Of a DNA stretch of 64,000 nt, positions 24,916-38,500 are shown one piece after another. Origin of the DNA: Macrostomum lignano (lineage: Eukaryota). The notes beneath the pieces were generated by a model. That model had not been told where the DNA came from. It did no database searches and saw nothing but the letters and a program-made list of their open reading frames with translations. The stretch spans positions 248,001 through 312,000 of the forward strand of contig NIVC01000340.1 in assembly GCA_002269645.1 (NCBI GenBank). Reading direction: 5' to 3'. The translations under genes were made by a program, and so were the position numbers. Position 1 is the stretch's first letter. Every line of letters starts with the position of its first letter.

Positions 24916-27158
24916 TTTTTTTGCGAATTGTTTTTCTTTTGCTTCACCATTTTCCTTGAACTGCTCTTTCTTTCGCTTTCCTCTTGCCTTTCTTGGTTCT
25001 TGTGTTTTTCTGTTTTTGGTTGACTCAATTTTGCAACTTACCCCTGGTTAGCCACGATTTACGGTGGCCAGATCGGCCAGGTCGGCCAGCAGTTGCGCAT
25101 GTATGAAGGAGTGAGTATGATTTTGATAAGCGCTGCCTATTACTAGCTTAAAGAGTTTTGCTTTAGACATTGCTAATGACATAACAAAGTTAACAAACTG
25201 TGTCTATTAAATCTCTTTTTCAACAAGCACTGGTTAAAATTTGACAGAAATCATGACTTCATATCATGACAGACTTCAACAATACAATAATCCAATACAA
25301 TAACAATATATACAACAATATATACAATCCAAACTATGGGTCCACAATGCAATCCTCAGCTCAAATCTATCTTGTGTATTTACAGTATTTGGCTCAAAAA
25401 TTGAACTTTATCTAATAATATTAGGGCGGTAATTAGGCCTAATAAACAACAAATTGCAATAGACCCTAGCCCATAATTTCTCTTTGATCAACAAACATAG
25501 CATAATCTTTAAACATTTTGCTTGAGGGATATAAAACAACTAATTTTAGGCTAATGACTTTGAGAATCTAATGGTCCACAATAAACAATAATAGGTTAAT
25601 TATGGTGGCCATGGGTAATATAATAAATATATATATTTAAACTGTGTTTAAAAAAGTGTTTATAGTTTTATATATAAAATACATTGATTTATAAAATACT
25701 ATTATGTAAGACCTAGGCCTAGTAAATTAAATGCATTAAATAAAATAAAAAAATTATAGGGGGCCTATGATATGAAACACTTTCATTAGGCCTAGTGACT
25801 AGTCCCTAAAGAACTAAAAATATAATCATTGAATAGGCCCTACATGACAATTTTTATTACATTTTCACATTCTTTCCTTGATAGTAAAATGGGTTCAAAA
25901 AAGGCCCAGTGCAAAAATGTCCCAACTTTACTTTTGTGGTTTTTTACTCATTAAATTAAGAAATAAAACTAAATATTAACTTAGCAGAACTAATTCTGCA
26001 AGATGCTAGTCTCTCTCGTCTACTTGACAAGGTCAGCTACATTTTCATCATTTTTTTCATTTTTCATTTAATCATTTATTCATTTTTATGGCAGATTGCG
26101 GCGGTGGAGCTGCTTTTTTGGTCAGCATTTCTAAGAAACTATACAAGGTATATTTCAAACCGTTAAATCAAAACTGATTGCGCTTTTTATTTTTAGTGCA
26201 TACTAAACTAAACATTTTGGATTTTTTCAATACAATAGTGTACTTTAATTCTAAATTAGTTCTATAGTTTTTTTAAACTTTATGCTTGTAAGATTGGCCG
26301 AAGAAATTTAAACAGTGGAATGATAAAACTTAATTTTTAAGCATTCAAGTTGGAATGAAAACACACACTGTACAATGCAATGCACCTATCATCAATCAAC
26401 ATAATTTATCATTATTATCATACTTATACCAGCTTCTAGTCCTTTTTGACTTGTCTGAATTTTCCTCTCCTAGCTAGGCCTACTTAAGCCAAAGTTTCAA
26501 GCTATGATATTGCATTACATATAATGATATATAAATCATAAAATTGAAAAAATGAAGTTATTTTTGCCTTTGCGACTGTCATTTACTTATGTACCATATA
26601 CATAATATTAAAAGACAATTCTGACTGTGTCAAGGAATTCTGGCTGTTTTGCTCCTAAGCCAGTTTGACTTTGACTATAGGCATTTTAGACACAATATTG
26701 ATAAGGCCTATATTGTAGTTTACACTTCTACAGATACATTTATTTAAAATTAAGCTGTTAGAGATATAGAAGTTAGAAAGTTAGAAATAGAATTAGAAAT
26801 AAAATATTGATATTGACCCACTTAACTTAGGCCTATGACTTACTGATATATTGACTTACTTGATAATATATTACAAGTTGCACCTGACTGCAATATTTTA
26901 TTTTTAAACATCTTTAATACTTTAAACACTTTAGCATACATAATCCATGCATTGCATATGTGCATTCAAACAACATATGAAAATAGTTAATAATTTTAGA
27001 TTAATATATAATATATAATATATTACTTTGTGTATATGCAGACCTTTACCACAAACAATATAACAAACATGACTAGCCTATCTGCTGGGTATGATGATAA
27101 AGAGTTATTTTAAAATATTTTATAACTTATAAACAAATACTCAATGCTCCATTTATAT

Positions 27159-28437
27159 GGGAGTACGACGTTTGCTTGCGGGAAGTTTGCTTGCCAAACT
27201 TTGCTTGCAGGAATTTTGCTTGCCAAACTTTGCTTGCAAAATTTTGCTTGCCGAACTTTGCTTGTGGAACTTTGCTTGCTGAAGTTTGCTTGCCAAAGTT
27301 TGCTTGCCAAAGTTTGCTTGCCAAAGTTTGCTTGTAGAATTTTGCCTGCCAAACTTTGCTTGTCAAACTTTGCTTGCGGAATTTTGCTTGCTGAAGTTTG
27401 CTTGCCAAACTTTGCTTGCAAGAAATTTGCTTGCAGGAACTTTGCTTGCCAAAGTTTGCTTGCCAAGCTTTGCTTGCAGGAATTTTGCTTGCCGAACTTT
27501 GCACTTGCAAAATTTTGATGTCTGCTTTCTAGAAATTTACAATCACACAATCGCAAGGTTTTAACTTGCAGAATTATTTTCTTGTTTGCTTGCTTGTTTT
27601 GATTGCTTGTAAAGTTGGTCAGTCAATTATTACTTACTACAGATGCTTTGCAAGTGGATTCTTATCAGGGTTGACGTAAACTGACTTGACACTAAGCTTT
27701 CAAACTAGGCTTATAGAGTTTCATTCTAAGAATGTAGTATATAGAATGCTTAGAGATTTAGTATAGGTAGAAGATAGGGATCAGTAACAGTATAAATCTT
27801 TGTAGTTCCTGATTTCAGCACGATTGAGCAGGTATGATAATTGCAGTGATGCTAATATATAATAATGCATATACTAATAATATTTTAGTATATAAAATAT
27901 ATATAATTAATAATCCACCATATCCTCATACAAAATCATAACACTATAGGCGACTTTCACAAATCTTAGAAAATGAAAATTAGAAATACAAGAGCTCAAA
28001 AAATAGGTTTCTTTAAGGTTCCGCAAAACTTTGGCTGGCAAACCTCACAAGAAAATTTCCTGCAAGCAAAGTTTGGCAAGCAAATTTCCTGCAAGCAAAC
28101 TTCGGCAAGCTTATGTGCAGCAAGCAAATTTCCTGCAAGCAAAATTTGGCAAGCAAAGTTTGGCAAGCAAAGCTCGGCAAGCAAACTTCGGCAGGCAAAA
28201 TTCCGGAAGCAAAGTTCGGCAAGCAGACTTTGGCAAGCAAAATTCCACAAGCAAAATTCGGCAAGCAGACTTCGGCAAGCAGACTTCGGCAAGCAAAACT
28301 CCGCAAGCAAAGTTCGGCAAGCAAAATTCCGCAAGCAAACTTTGGCAAGCAGACTTTGGCAAGCAAATTTCCGCAAGCAAAAGTCCTGCAAGCAAACTTC
28401 GGCAAGCAAACTTCTCACAAGCAAAGTTAATAGACCC
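27159..28437. mobile_element. Foldback-type MITE with long TIRs built of 14-15 bp TTTGCTTGC repeats
   Basis: Left arm 27159-27530 and inverted right arm ~28020-28437; GGG...CCC termini; ATTTATAT duplicated at 27151-27158 and 28438-28445. Confidence 0.85.
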
Positions 28438-28724
28438 ATTTATATATAGCACAACAAAGACTGTTACTGAAATGGATGACCTTAAAATGACTGTATTCAA
28501 TAAAATCACTGAATTGACTGTCACATAAAATAACTAATATTGTGTAATACTATTGTGTATAAACTCATTTGTTCTTTTTTATAGATTAACAAAGTATGCA
28601 ATTGTGAGTTTCATTATTTTTTACTATTTTGAAAGTACTTTTAAGTGTTGAAATGGCTTTGTTTAGCATATTATTTTGTTAAGCTATTTGCAATATAAAT
28701 GTTATAGTAACTTCTTTCTAATGC

Positions 28725-30680
28725 ATGCCTATTATGAATAGCCTATTGAAGCTAAATAAAGTGATTCGATCTAGCAAAATGGTGCTAAGATCCATGTCAT
28801 CTATAAAACTAGCTGGTGTCCTACCCCCAATTCCAACTCCATTCAATGCCAAAGAGGACATTGATTTTGACAAGCTGCAGATTAATTTTGAAGTGTGGAA
28901 TAAGCACTCCCTTGCAGGTAAAATAATAAGTGTATACATATGAGGTATTTTTTTAAAGAAAATTGATCTTATCTAAGGAAGCACCCCCCTGTCACACAGG
29001 CTATGTTGTCATTGGCACCAATGGCGAATCAGCCAGTTTGACTCTTGACGAAAAAGCCGCCCTAGTAACTAAATGCCGCCAGTTGATGAAGCCAGGCAGC
29101 CTCCTGGTTGCTGGCGCCGGCTGCGAGACTACCAGAGCCACATTGGCCACCTGCGAGCGACTTGTTGAGGCAGGAGCCGATGCTCTCCTGGTACTCAACC
29201 CCAGCTTCTTTCGCAATCATATTAGCGAAGAGGCGCTTTATGATCACTATATGACAGTTGCTAAGCAGTCTCCAAGGCCGATAATACTATATAATATGCC
29301 CGCTAGCACCGGCTATGACCTGCCAGTCAGCCTGATGGCCCGTCTGGCTGACCATCCCAATATTGCTGGCGTTAAGGATAGCAGCGGCGACGTGGTTAAA
29401 CTGGCCACCGTGGTGGACGCTGTCCGGCCGGGCTTCCAGGTGAGCAAATGTCTGCGTGTGTACAAGCTTTATAATATGGTTACTCTTTAAGCCCTTCCTC
29501 AGTCCCTGAATCTGCCTCTCCGCCCCTTCCTCAGTCCCTGAATCTGCCTCTCCGCCCCTTCCTCAGTCCCTGAATCTGCCTCTCCGCCCCTTCCTCAGTC
29601 CCTGAATCTGCCTCTCCGCCCCTTCCTCAGTCCCTGAATCTGCCTCTCCGCCCCTCTCTCAGTCCCTGAATCTGCCTCTCCGCCCCTTCATCAGTCCCTG
29701 AATCTGCCTCTCCGCCCCTTCCTCAGTCCCTGAATCTGCCTCTCCGCCCCTCTCTCAGTCCCTGAATCTGCCTCTCCGCCCCTTCATCAGTCCCTGAATC
29801 TGCCTCTCCGCCCCTTCATCAGTCCCTGAATCTGCCTCTCCGCCCCTCTCTCAGTCCCTGAATCTGCCTCTCCGCCCCTTCATCAGTCCCTGAATCTGCC
29901 TCTCCGCCCCTTCCTCAGTCCCTGAATCTGCCTCTCCGCCCCTCTCTCAGTCCCTGAATCTGCCTCTCCGCCCCTTCATCAGTCCCTGAATCTGCCTCTC
30001 CGCCCCTTCATCAGTCCCTGAATCTGCCTCTCCGCCCCTTCATCAGTCCCTGAATCTGCCTCTCCGCCCCTTCATCAGTCCCTGAATCTGCGTCTCCACA
30101 GTTTGTCCCTCTTCTCGGCAATTCCCGCGTCCCGACTATCACACCAAAGTCGCGTACGTTTGATTAATTTATCCACTTTAACTTTATGTGCGATTAACTC
30201 CCATGTCTACCAGTCTGACAGTAGTAAATTCAGGCCTGCGGTACACCCTGTGTGCTTGCTTAGCCTAGGTCACAGCGTGGCGTATGATTCAAGCTACAGG
30301 TAATTTGAATTTTCCCAATCTAATACCGCAACAAAAAGGTGCTCTCTGGCACTGGCAGCGTGCTTCATCCCGGGCTTCAGCTGGGCTGCGTTGGCGGAGT
30401 CTGCGCCATCGCCAACGTGCTGCCCGGCCCCACAGCCCAGCTGTACCATCTACACTGCAGCGGCGACCACGAAGCGGCTGCTCAACTTCAGCGCCGTATA
30501 ATCGGCCCGAACGGCCTGGTAACTAGGCGACTGGGCGTGCCCGGACTCAAAGCCGCTATGGAACTGTTTGGCATGTACGGCGGACCCTGCCGGCTGCCTT
30601 TGGTGCCGCTTAGCAAAGAGAAGAGAGCCGAATTGAGGGCCGAATTTGAGCGGAACGGATTCCAACCGGTGTCTGCCTGA
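28725..30680 (+). CDS. HOGA1: 4-hydroxy-2-oxoglutarate aldolase, mitochondrial (DHDPS family), three exons (28725-28917, 29000-29439, 30339-30680)
   Basis: LAGVLPPIPTPF, GYVVIGTNGE, AGAGCETT, PIILYNMP, HPNIAGVKDSSGD, FQ|VLSGTG, GVPGLKAAMELFGMYGGPCRLPL; transit-peptide-like N-term. Confidence 0.93.
29490..30100 (+). repeat. 32-bp minisatellite in HOGA1 intron 2 (CCTCAGTCCCTGAATCTGCCTCTCCGCCCCTT)
   Basis: ~19 copies. Confidence 0.97.
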
Positions 30681-30809
30681 TCAATCTGATTAGTAGCTGT
30701 TTGTGTCACCGCCGCTTACCGAAACATTAAGATGGATTCGTATAATGTAAACACGGTCACCATACCGTGACACGGTCACGGTACATGGTCATCATTTCAT
30801 TTTCTTAGT

Positions 30810-31800
30810 CTGCCTCTGCCTCTCCGCTCCTCCATCAGTCCTTGAAACTGCCTCTCCACTCCTCCATCAGTCCTTGAATCTGCCTCTCCACTCCTCTCTC
30901 AGTCCCTGAATCTGCCTCTCCGCTCCTCTCTCAGTCCTTGAATCTGCCTCTCCGCTCCTCTCTCAGTCCTTGAATCTGCCTCTCCACTCCTCTCTCAGTC
31001 CTTGAATCTGCCTCTCCACTCCTTTCTCAGTCCTTGAATCTGCCTCTCCACTCCTCTCTCAGTCCTTGAATCTGCCTCTCCACTCCTCTCTCAGTCCTTG
31101 AATCTGCCTCTCCACTCCTCTCTCAGTCCCTGAATCTGCCTCTCCACTCCTCCCTCAGTCCCTGAATCTGCCTCTCCACTCCTCTCTCAGTCCTTGAATC
31201 TGCCTCTCCACTCCTCTCTCAGTCCTTGAATCTGCCTCTCCACTCCTCCCTCAGTCCTTGAATCTGCCTCTCCACTCCTCTCTCAGTCCTTGAATCTGCC
31301 TCTCCACTCCTCTCTCAGTCCTTGAATCTGCCTCTCCACTCCTCCCTCAGTCCCTGAATCTGCCTCTCCACTCCTCCCTCAGTCCCTGAATCTGCCTCTC
31401 CACTCCTCTCTCAGTCCTTGAATCTGCCTCTCCACTCCTCCCTCAGTCCCTGAATCTGCCTCTCCACTCCTCCCTCAGTCCTTGAATCTGCCTCTCCACT
31501 CCTCCCTCAGTCCCTGAATCTGCCTCTCCGCTCCTCCCTCAGTCCTTGAATCTGCCTCTCCACTCCTCCCTCAGTCCTTGAATCTGCCTCTCCACTCATC
31601 CATCATTCCCTGAATCTGCCTCTCCTGCGCCCTTTCTTCAGTCCCTGAATCTGCCTCTCCGTCCTTTCTTCAGTCCTTAAATCTGCCTATCCGCCCTTTC
31701 CTCAGTGCCTGAATCTGCCTCTCCGTCCTTTCTTCAGTCCTTAAATCTGCCTATCCGCCCTTTCCTCAGTGCCTGAATCTGCCCTCGCACCTCTCCTCAA
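30810..31800 (+). repeat. 32-bp minisatellite downstream of the HOGA1 stop, same family as the intron 2 array
   Basis: CTCAGTCCTTGAATCTGCCTCTCCACTCCTCT, ~30 copies. Confidence 0.97.
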
Positions 31801-32572
31801 CTCGTTCCAAGGCTCTATGCTCAATATTTCATGCATGTTGATTAAATCATTAGCTTTTGTCCAGGCTTATGAAATCTTTTTAAAAGAATTATTATTTGTA
31901 CTGATAGTTAACTACTGAAAGTACGATGTTGCGTATTTAAGTGGCAATCATGTGGTAATATAAAATTCTTTAAGGCGCTTATGATATCACTTTAATTGTG
32001 CTGAATGTTGCGTACTTTTTTCAGAGTGTTACCAACTAATATTTTTATGCTAGTTATTGAAATTTCCGGTGTTAGTCGTTTGAATGTGTGTTTGTTTGAA
32101 TTTTTAATACGCTCGTAACTTGTGCCAGTTCTTCCTAAGCTGTATTTTGATAATAGATAATAGATAACAATAATAGATTTTTTGCAGCCAATTACTAAAT
32201 AGGCCCGGTTAAATTTAGTGTACAATGATACATATGCATCTGTGTTTCATGCTTTTAATGTTCTACTCAGTAAATATATGCGCCCTTTGCCGAGTACTTT
32301 ATTTCTTATTATTGTTTTAATAGTTTGCCAATTTACAGTTAGATTTGTGGTTTGCTTAATAAAAGTTTCATATTTAAGTTAGGGTTCTGAAGATAAAGTC
32401 TAGCATTATAATGTAAAGCTTAAATATTTTAATCTGAGTTTAGGTTTGAGATTTAAGTTGGATCTGGGATGATTGTCTAAGTCAATGTCTAAAAATTGGC
32501 ATCTTAGATTAACAAATTAACATATTAACATTTTCAAATTTTCAGAAGAATCGCAACACCTGACAAAACAAC

Positions 32573-35500
32573 ATGACACTGTGGGACATCGCTTTGGAAA
32601 ATGCTAAAAGCAAGGAGAGCTGTAAGTTCTGGATTATTTCAGTTTTTGCAAACTTTTTGCCTCGTGGCCAGATCAAAAATCCAGCTCATGGCTGCGGGAT
32701 AGATGGGAGTGGAAATGAAAAGAAATAAAAGATGCGAGATGAGAAAAGAAAGGAGAGACGAGAGATAGGGTGAGAAAAAATATACGAGTAGAAGATAAGA
32801 GGAGAAAAGAGGGGAGAAGGGAGAGAAGAGGAGAGAGAGCAGAGAAGGGAGACAGAGAGAGGAGAGAAGGGAGAGAGGGCATTGATCGAGAGGAGAGGGG
32901 AGAGAAGGAGGGAGAGGTGAGAGGAGCGAAAGAGGGGAGAGATAAGAGATAAGAGAATAGATAGGATATCAGAGATAACTCTAGGATTGCTATTGTGAAG
33001 TTTCAAGGGACCCCACGGCCGCATAGAGAGCCGCATGTGGCCCACGGTCCGGAGTTTGCCGAGCCCTGTACTAAGCGAAGCATGTAGTACATGATGAATG
33101 TCCGATGAATTTAACGTCCCAGAGTCACTTGCGTCGGCCCACAGTCGTTTCAGATCGTTGTTGCAGATGATAGGTACGGTAAAATAGGAAACTATTGACT
33201 CTAAATGGCTCTAAAACAACGAGATGTCACGGTACAAGTTACCGAAAGTTTGTCTAAGAGTCGTCTAAAAATCAGTTTAAAACTTTCTATTGTCCTCGAC
33301 TTTAAATTAACGACATTAGTGGAGTTGAGTCGTATTTTAGGCGTGGTAAAGTTGCTGAGTTGTGTTTGAAGCGTATTCGCGTTGCTTGATGAACTAGAGT
33401 CACATAGGGGTCGCCATCATAAGCTCGAAAAATCACATCGTCGAAAACAAGGCTCCATCACAAGCTCGAACAATCACATCATCGAAAACAAGGCTCCATC
33501 ACAAGCTCGAACAATCACATCGTCGAAAACAAGGCTCCATCATAAGCTCGAAAGGTCATAAGCTCGAAAAATCACATCGTCGAAAAATTTAGCAACCACC
33601 ATCAAAAGCTCGAAAAGGCACAAGCTCTAACCCTAACCCTAAGGCACCAGTACCCTAAATTAACCCTGAACCCTAACCCTAAGGCACTAACCCTAACCCC
33701 AACCCTAACCTAACCCTAACCCTAAAGGCACAAGTTCTAACCCCGACCCTAACCTAAACCTCTAAGGCACAAGCACTAACCCTAACCCTATTCGAGCTTG
33801 TGATGGTGGCTGCTAAATCAGTTTTCGATGATGTGATTTTTCGAGCTTATGACTTTTCGAGCTTATGCTGGTGATTGCTAACCTTTTCGACGATGCTTAT
33901 GATGGTGGTTGCTAGACTTTTCGACGATGTAACTTTTCGAGCTAATGGTGGTGGTTGCTAGACTTTTCGACGATGTGACTTTTCGAGCTTATGGTGGTGG
34001 TTGCTAGACTTTTCGACGATGTGACTTTTCGAGCTTATGGTGGTTGCTAGACTTTTCGAGCTTATGATGGTGGTTGCTAGACTTTTCGAGCTTATGCTGG
34101 TGGTTGCTAACCTTTTCGACGATGTGACTTTTCGAGCTTATGATAGTGGTTGCTAGACTTTTCGACGATGTGACTTTTCGAGCTTATGGTGGTGGTTGCT
34201 ATACTTTTCGACGATGTGACTTTTCGAGCTTATGATGGTGGTTGCTAGACTTTTCGACGATGTGACTTTTCGAGCTAATGGTGGTTGCTAGACTTTTCGA
34301 GCTTATGATGGTGGTTGCTAGACTTTTCGAGCTTATGCTGGTGGTTGCTAACCTTTTCGACGATGTGACTTTTCGAGCTTATGATAGTGGTTGCTAGACT
34401 TTTCGACGATGTGACTTTTCGAGCTTATGGTGGTGGTTGCTATACTTTTCGACGATGTGACTTTTCGAGCTTATGATGGTGGTTGCTAGACTTTTCGACG
34501 ATGTGACTTTTCGAGCTAATGGTGGTGGTTGCTAGACTTTTCGACGATGTGACTTTTCGAGCTTATGGTGGTGGTTGCTAGACTTTTCGACGATGTGACT
34601 TTTCGAGCTTATGGTGGTTGCTAGACTTTTCGAGCTTATGATGGTGGTTGCTAGACTTTTCGAGCTTATGCTGGTGGTTGCTAACCTTTTCGACGATGTG
34701 ACTTTTCGAGCTTATGATGGTGGTTGCTAGACTTTTCGACGATGTGACTTTTCGAGCTTATGATGGTGGTTGCTAGACTTTTCGAGCTTATGATGGTGGT
34801 TGCTAACCTTTTCGACGATGTGACTTTTCGAGCTTATGATGGTGGTTGCTAGACTTTTCGACGATGTGACTTTTCGAGCTTGTGATGGTGGTTTCTAAAT
34901 CAGTTTTCGACGATGTGAATTTTCGAGCTTATGACTTTCCGAGCTTGTGATGCTGGATGCTTTTCGACGATGTAATTTTTCGAGCTTGTGATGGGCCCCC
35001 AGTCACATCTCCGGCATTTTAGTGGCGTTCTCTAGTCGCTAAAAATTCTCAGAAGAAGCGCTTTAGCGTCACTGTAGAATCTTTATAATGCGACGCGTTA
35101 CAGAGTCAGGGTTAAACAAGTTACAGTTACACAATAAATACTCAGTGTAGCCTATATTGAAATTTAATTGTACTCCAACTAGCCTACTGGGTTAGTAGAA
35201 TGTTATTCGCCAGCACAGCGACTCTTGCACGACTATTTCGCGACTCTTTTACGATTCTACAACTCACGTGACGCGCTTATAACGCGTTAGAGTCGTTAAA
35301 AAGTCACAAATCACAAGAGTCACCTCAGAATTGCTAGAGCCACTAGAGAGAGTTGTTTGCAACGACTGTTTAGCGATTAGGTCACGGTAGCGTTTTCAAC
35401 GGACATGATGCATTTAGTTATCCTTATTGCAGCTGTCTCCCAGCAGGAGTCGCACGTGCTGTTTCTCGGCTCCAAATCGGCCGGCAAGACCACATTGATC

Positions 35501-38500
35501 AATCGGCTGTTAGAGAAAGATGAATCGCCCAAGCCTACAGTGGCTCTAGAGTACACGTTCGGGCGTAAGAGCAAAGGTCACGCTTCTAATAAAGAAGTTG
35601 CTCACGTCTGGGAATTGGGCGGCGGCTTCAGCATGACTCGCCTATTGGACATGGTCATTGACGCCGACAATGTACTCAACTGTTCCGTTGTACTGCTAGT
35701 TGATTTGAGCCAGCCAGGCACAATTTGGTCGGCTGTTGAAGCTTTAACCGCGGCGGTGGTTGCCTGCGTTGGCAGGGTGATCGCATCTGCGCCTAAAGAG
35801 TCTCGGCTGAAGGAGCAGCTCAGGCAGAAACAGAAGGACCGCCTGCAAAACGTTGAGGTGATTCAGTTTTTAATACCATTATTTATGTACTATGAAGGAT
35901 TTGAGTGTGTTTACACCGTCAAATAAGGGAGATGTTGTTGATAACACCGTCAAATGGTGGTAGCACCGTCAAATAAAGGATCTGATAGTGGTAGTGCCGT
36001 CAAACAAAGGATTTGGAGGTGTTTACGCCGTCAAATGAAGGATCTGAGGTTGTTTACGCCGTCAAATGAACGATCTCTGAGGGTGGTGAAGTCAAATGAA
36101 GGATCTGAGGAAGGTAACACAGTCAAATGAATGATCTGAGGGTGGTGACACCGTCAAATGAATGATCTGAGGTTGTTTACACCGTCAAATGAATGATCTG
36201 AGGTTGTTTACACCGTCAAATGAATGATCTGAGGTTGTTTACACCGTCAAATGAATGATCTGAGGTTGTTTACACCGTCAAATGAATGATCTGAGGATGG
36301 TAACACAGTCAAATAAATGATCTGAGGGTGGTAACACAGTCAAATGAATGATCTGAGGATGGTAACACAGTCAAATGAATGATCTGAGGTTGTTTACACC
36401 GTCAAATGAATGATCTGAGGATGGTAACACAGTCAAATGAATGATCTGAGGTTGTTTACACCGTCAAATGAATGATCTGAGGATGGTAACACAGTCAAAT
36501 GAATGATCTGAGGATGGTAACACAGTCAAATAAATGATCTGAGGGTGGTAACACAGTCAAATGAATGATCTGAGGATGGTAACACAGTCAAATGAATGAT
36601 CTGAGGTTGTTTACACCGTCAAATGAACGATCTCTGAGGGTGGTGAAGTCAAATGAAGGATCTGAGGGTGGTGACACCGTCAAATGAATGATCTGAGGAA
36701 GGTAACACAGTCAAATGAATGATCTGAGGTTGTTTACACCGTCAAATGAATGATCTAAGGGTGGTGACACCGTCAAATGAATGATCTGAGGTTGGTGACA
36801 CCGTCAAATGAATGATCTGAGGATGGTAACACAGTCAAATGAATGATCTGAGGGTGGTAACACAGTCAAGTGAACGATATGTTGGTGGTAACACACCATT
36901 TATCAGTTGTGTGGATTTCGGAACTTTAAGCTTCAACACACAGTAACATACTGATTTTTTAGGCTGACGACGCCCAACTCATGACGCCGTTCCCTCTGCC
37001 TCTAACCATTGTTGGCGGCAAATTCGATCAATTCCAAGAGAAAGTCGATCACGAACGGAAACGCGTTGCTACGCAGACGTTGCGCTTTCTAGCGCATAGT
37101 TATAACGCGTCGTTGTACTTTTTCTCGACAGTGAAGCAGGAGCAGGCGGCGTCTAGACTGAGGTCGCATCTCACCCAGCTGGCGTTTGGCTCTGGCGGTC
37201 ATCATCCGCATCAGGTATACACTTTGAGGCAGGCGATACTTTTTTTAGTTGACCAATGATATTTTCGTGTCTGGCTTTTTATTTTTTATTAGAGGCAGGG
37301 GGGTTGTGTGCACCCTGGCGCACTTTAAGCGACATAGGCACACAACCGGCGAGAGACATTATTGCCCATTCCGCCGACTCCCCTGAGCAGGCACACAAGC
37401 GCGCGGATACGTACGCAGGCACACACTCACACAGGAGCGTACAGCGGCCCTAACTTTATATTATCGTTAGGCATGTACACTACACTGCGCCTTGGGGGGT
37501 TGGCTCTCAAGGCCGTTAATTGCACGAGCAGAGCCAAGCGGAGATTCCAATTCAGCCCCAAATTAATGTGACTGCACTTGGAATCGAGCCTGGGTCGCTG
37601 GCACACCAGAGCCGCTGGGCTACGGCCCCCCTTCGTGTCTGGCTACTAATTGTAGAAATAGTAATAAAATTATATCAAAGCTCGAAAAGGGCCGTTTTGT
37701 CGCACTTAAAATTGGAATATTTTTACCGAGGTAATTAGCTATTGAAATCTCGCAATGGAACAACTGTTATAGGCTCATGAATGAGACCTCAATTTATCCT
37801 CTAGATCAATTGCTTTTAATTGCGTGTCTACTTGTGCATTGAATGTTGATTTTTTCACCAGGACGAGGTTCAGGCGGACGTTGGCCGCCCCATCATTCTG
37901 CCTGCCGGCCGGGATTCGTTCGCTAAAATTGGCCAGCCTCCTGCTGATGATGGCGACTACAATCGGCTGTCAGCTAAGTAAGGGCAGATTTTGTTTTTTT
38001 TATTCAACTAATAACAAAGCTAAGTTATTGCTTTGCGTTAACATTGACATTTTTTATTAATTGCAGAACTCCATTGGATCTATGGAAGCACGTGTTTTAT
38101 CAGCACTTTCCAGAGGAGGTGAAGCCTCGATTTCTATCTGATACATACTATAGATATAGATTTATCTAAGTTGTTTATCTTGGCACTTTGAGGCCCATTA
38201 AAATGTATGGTTACTTTTGATACGCATATATGTCGTAGGCCCCATTTCGGTATTCATTTGTTAAGTAGTGAAGATTAGTTGTTGTTATAAATTTTGAAAG
38301 GCATATTTTTAATGCTCATAATTTGTAATGTGAGTGTAAATAAGTTGAAGAGCCATTCTTCTCAGTTACCTGACATTATAGTAGTATGCTAGAAATCAGC
38401 GCATTTCCCGTTAGGGAGCCAAGGAAGGATGGTTATTATTATTATTTTTTTAAAAACTACATTTAGCTTCTCCTTGGAAAAACCTCAGCCATTCCCCTAG

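Noticed and set aside
27110-28528. Multiple KFACQ/ASKLWQ ORFs
   Set aside because: Arms of a foldback MITE
33627-33790. True telomere or chromosome end
   Set aside because: Short, degenerate and enclosed within a TSD-bounded element inside an intron
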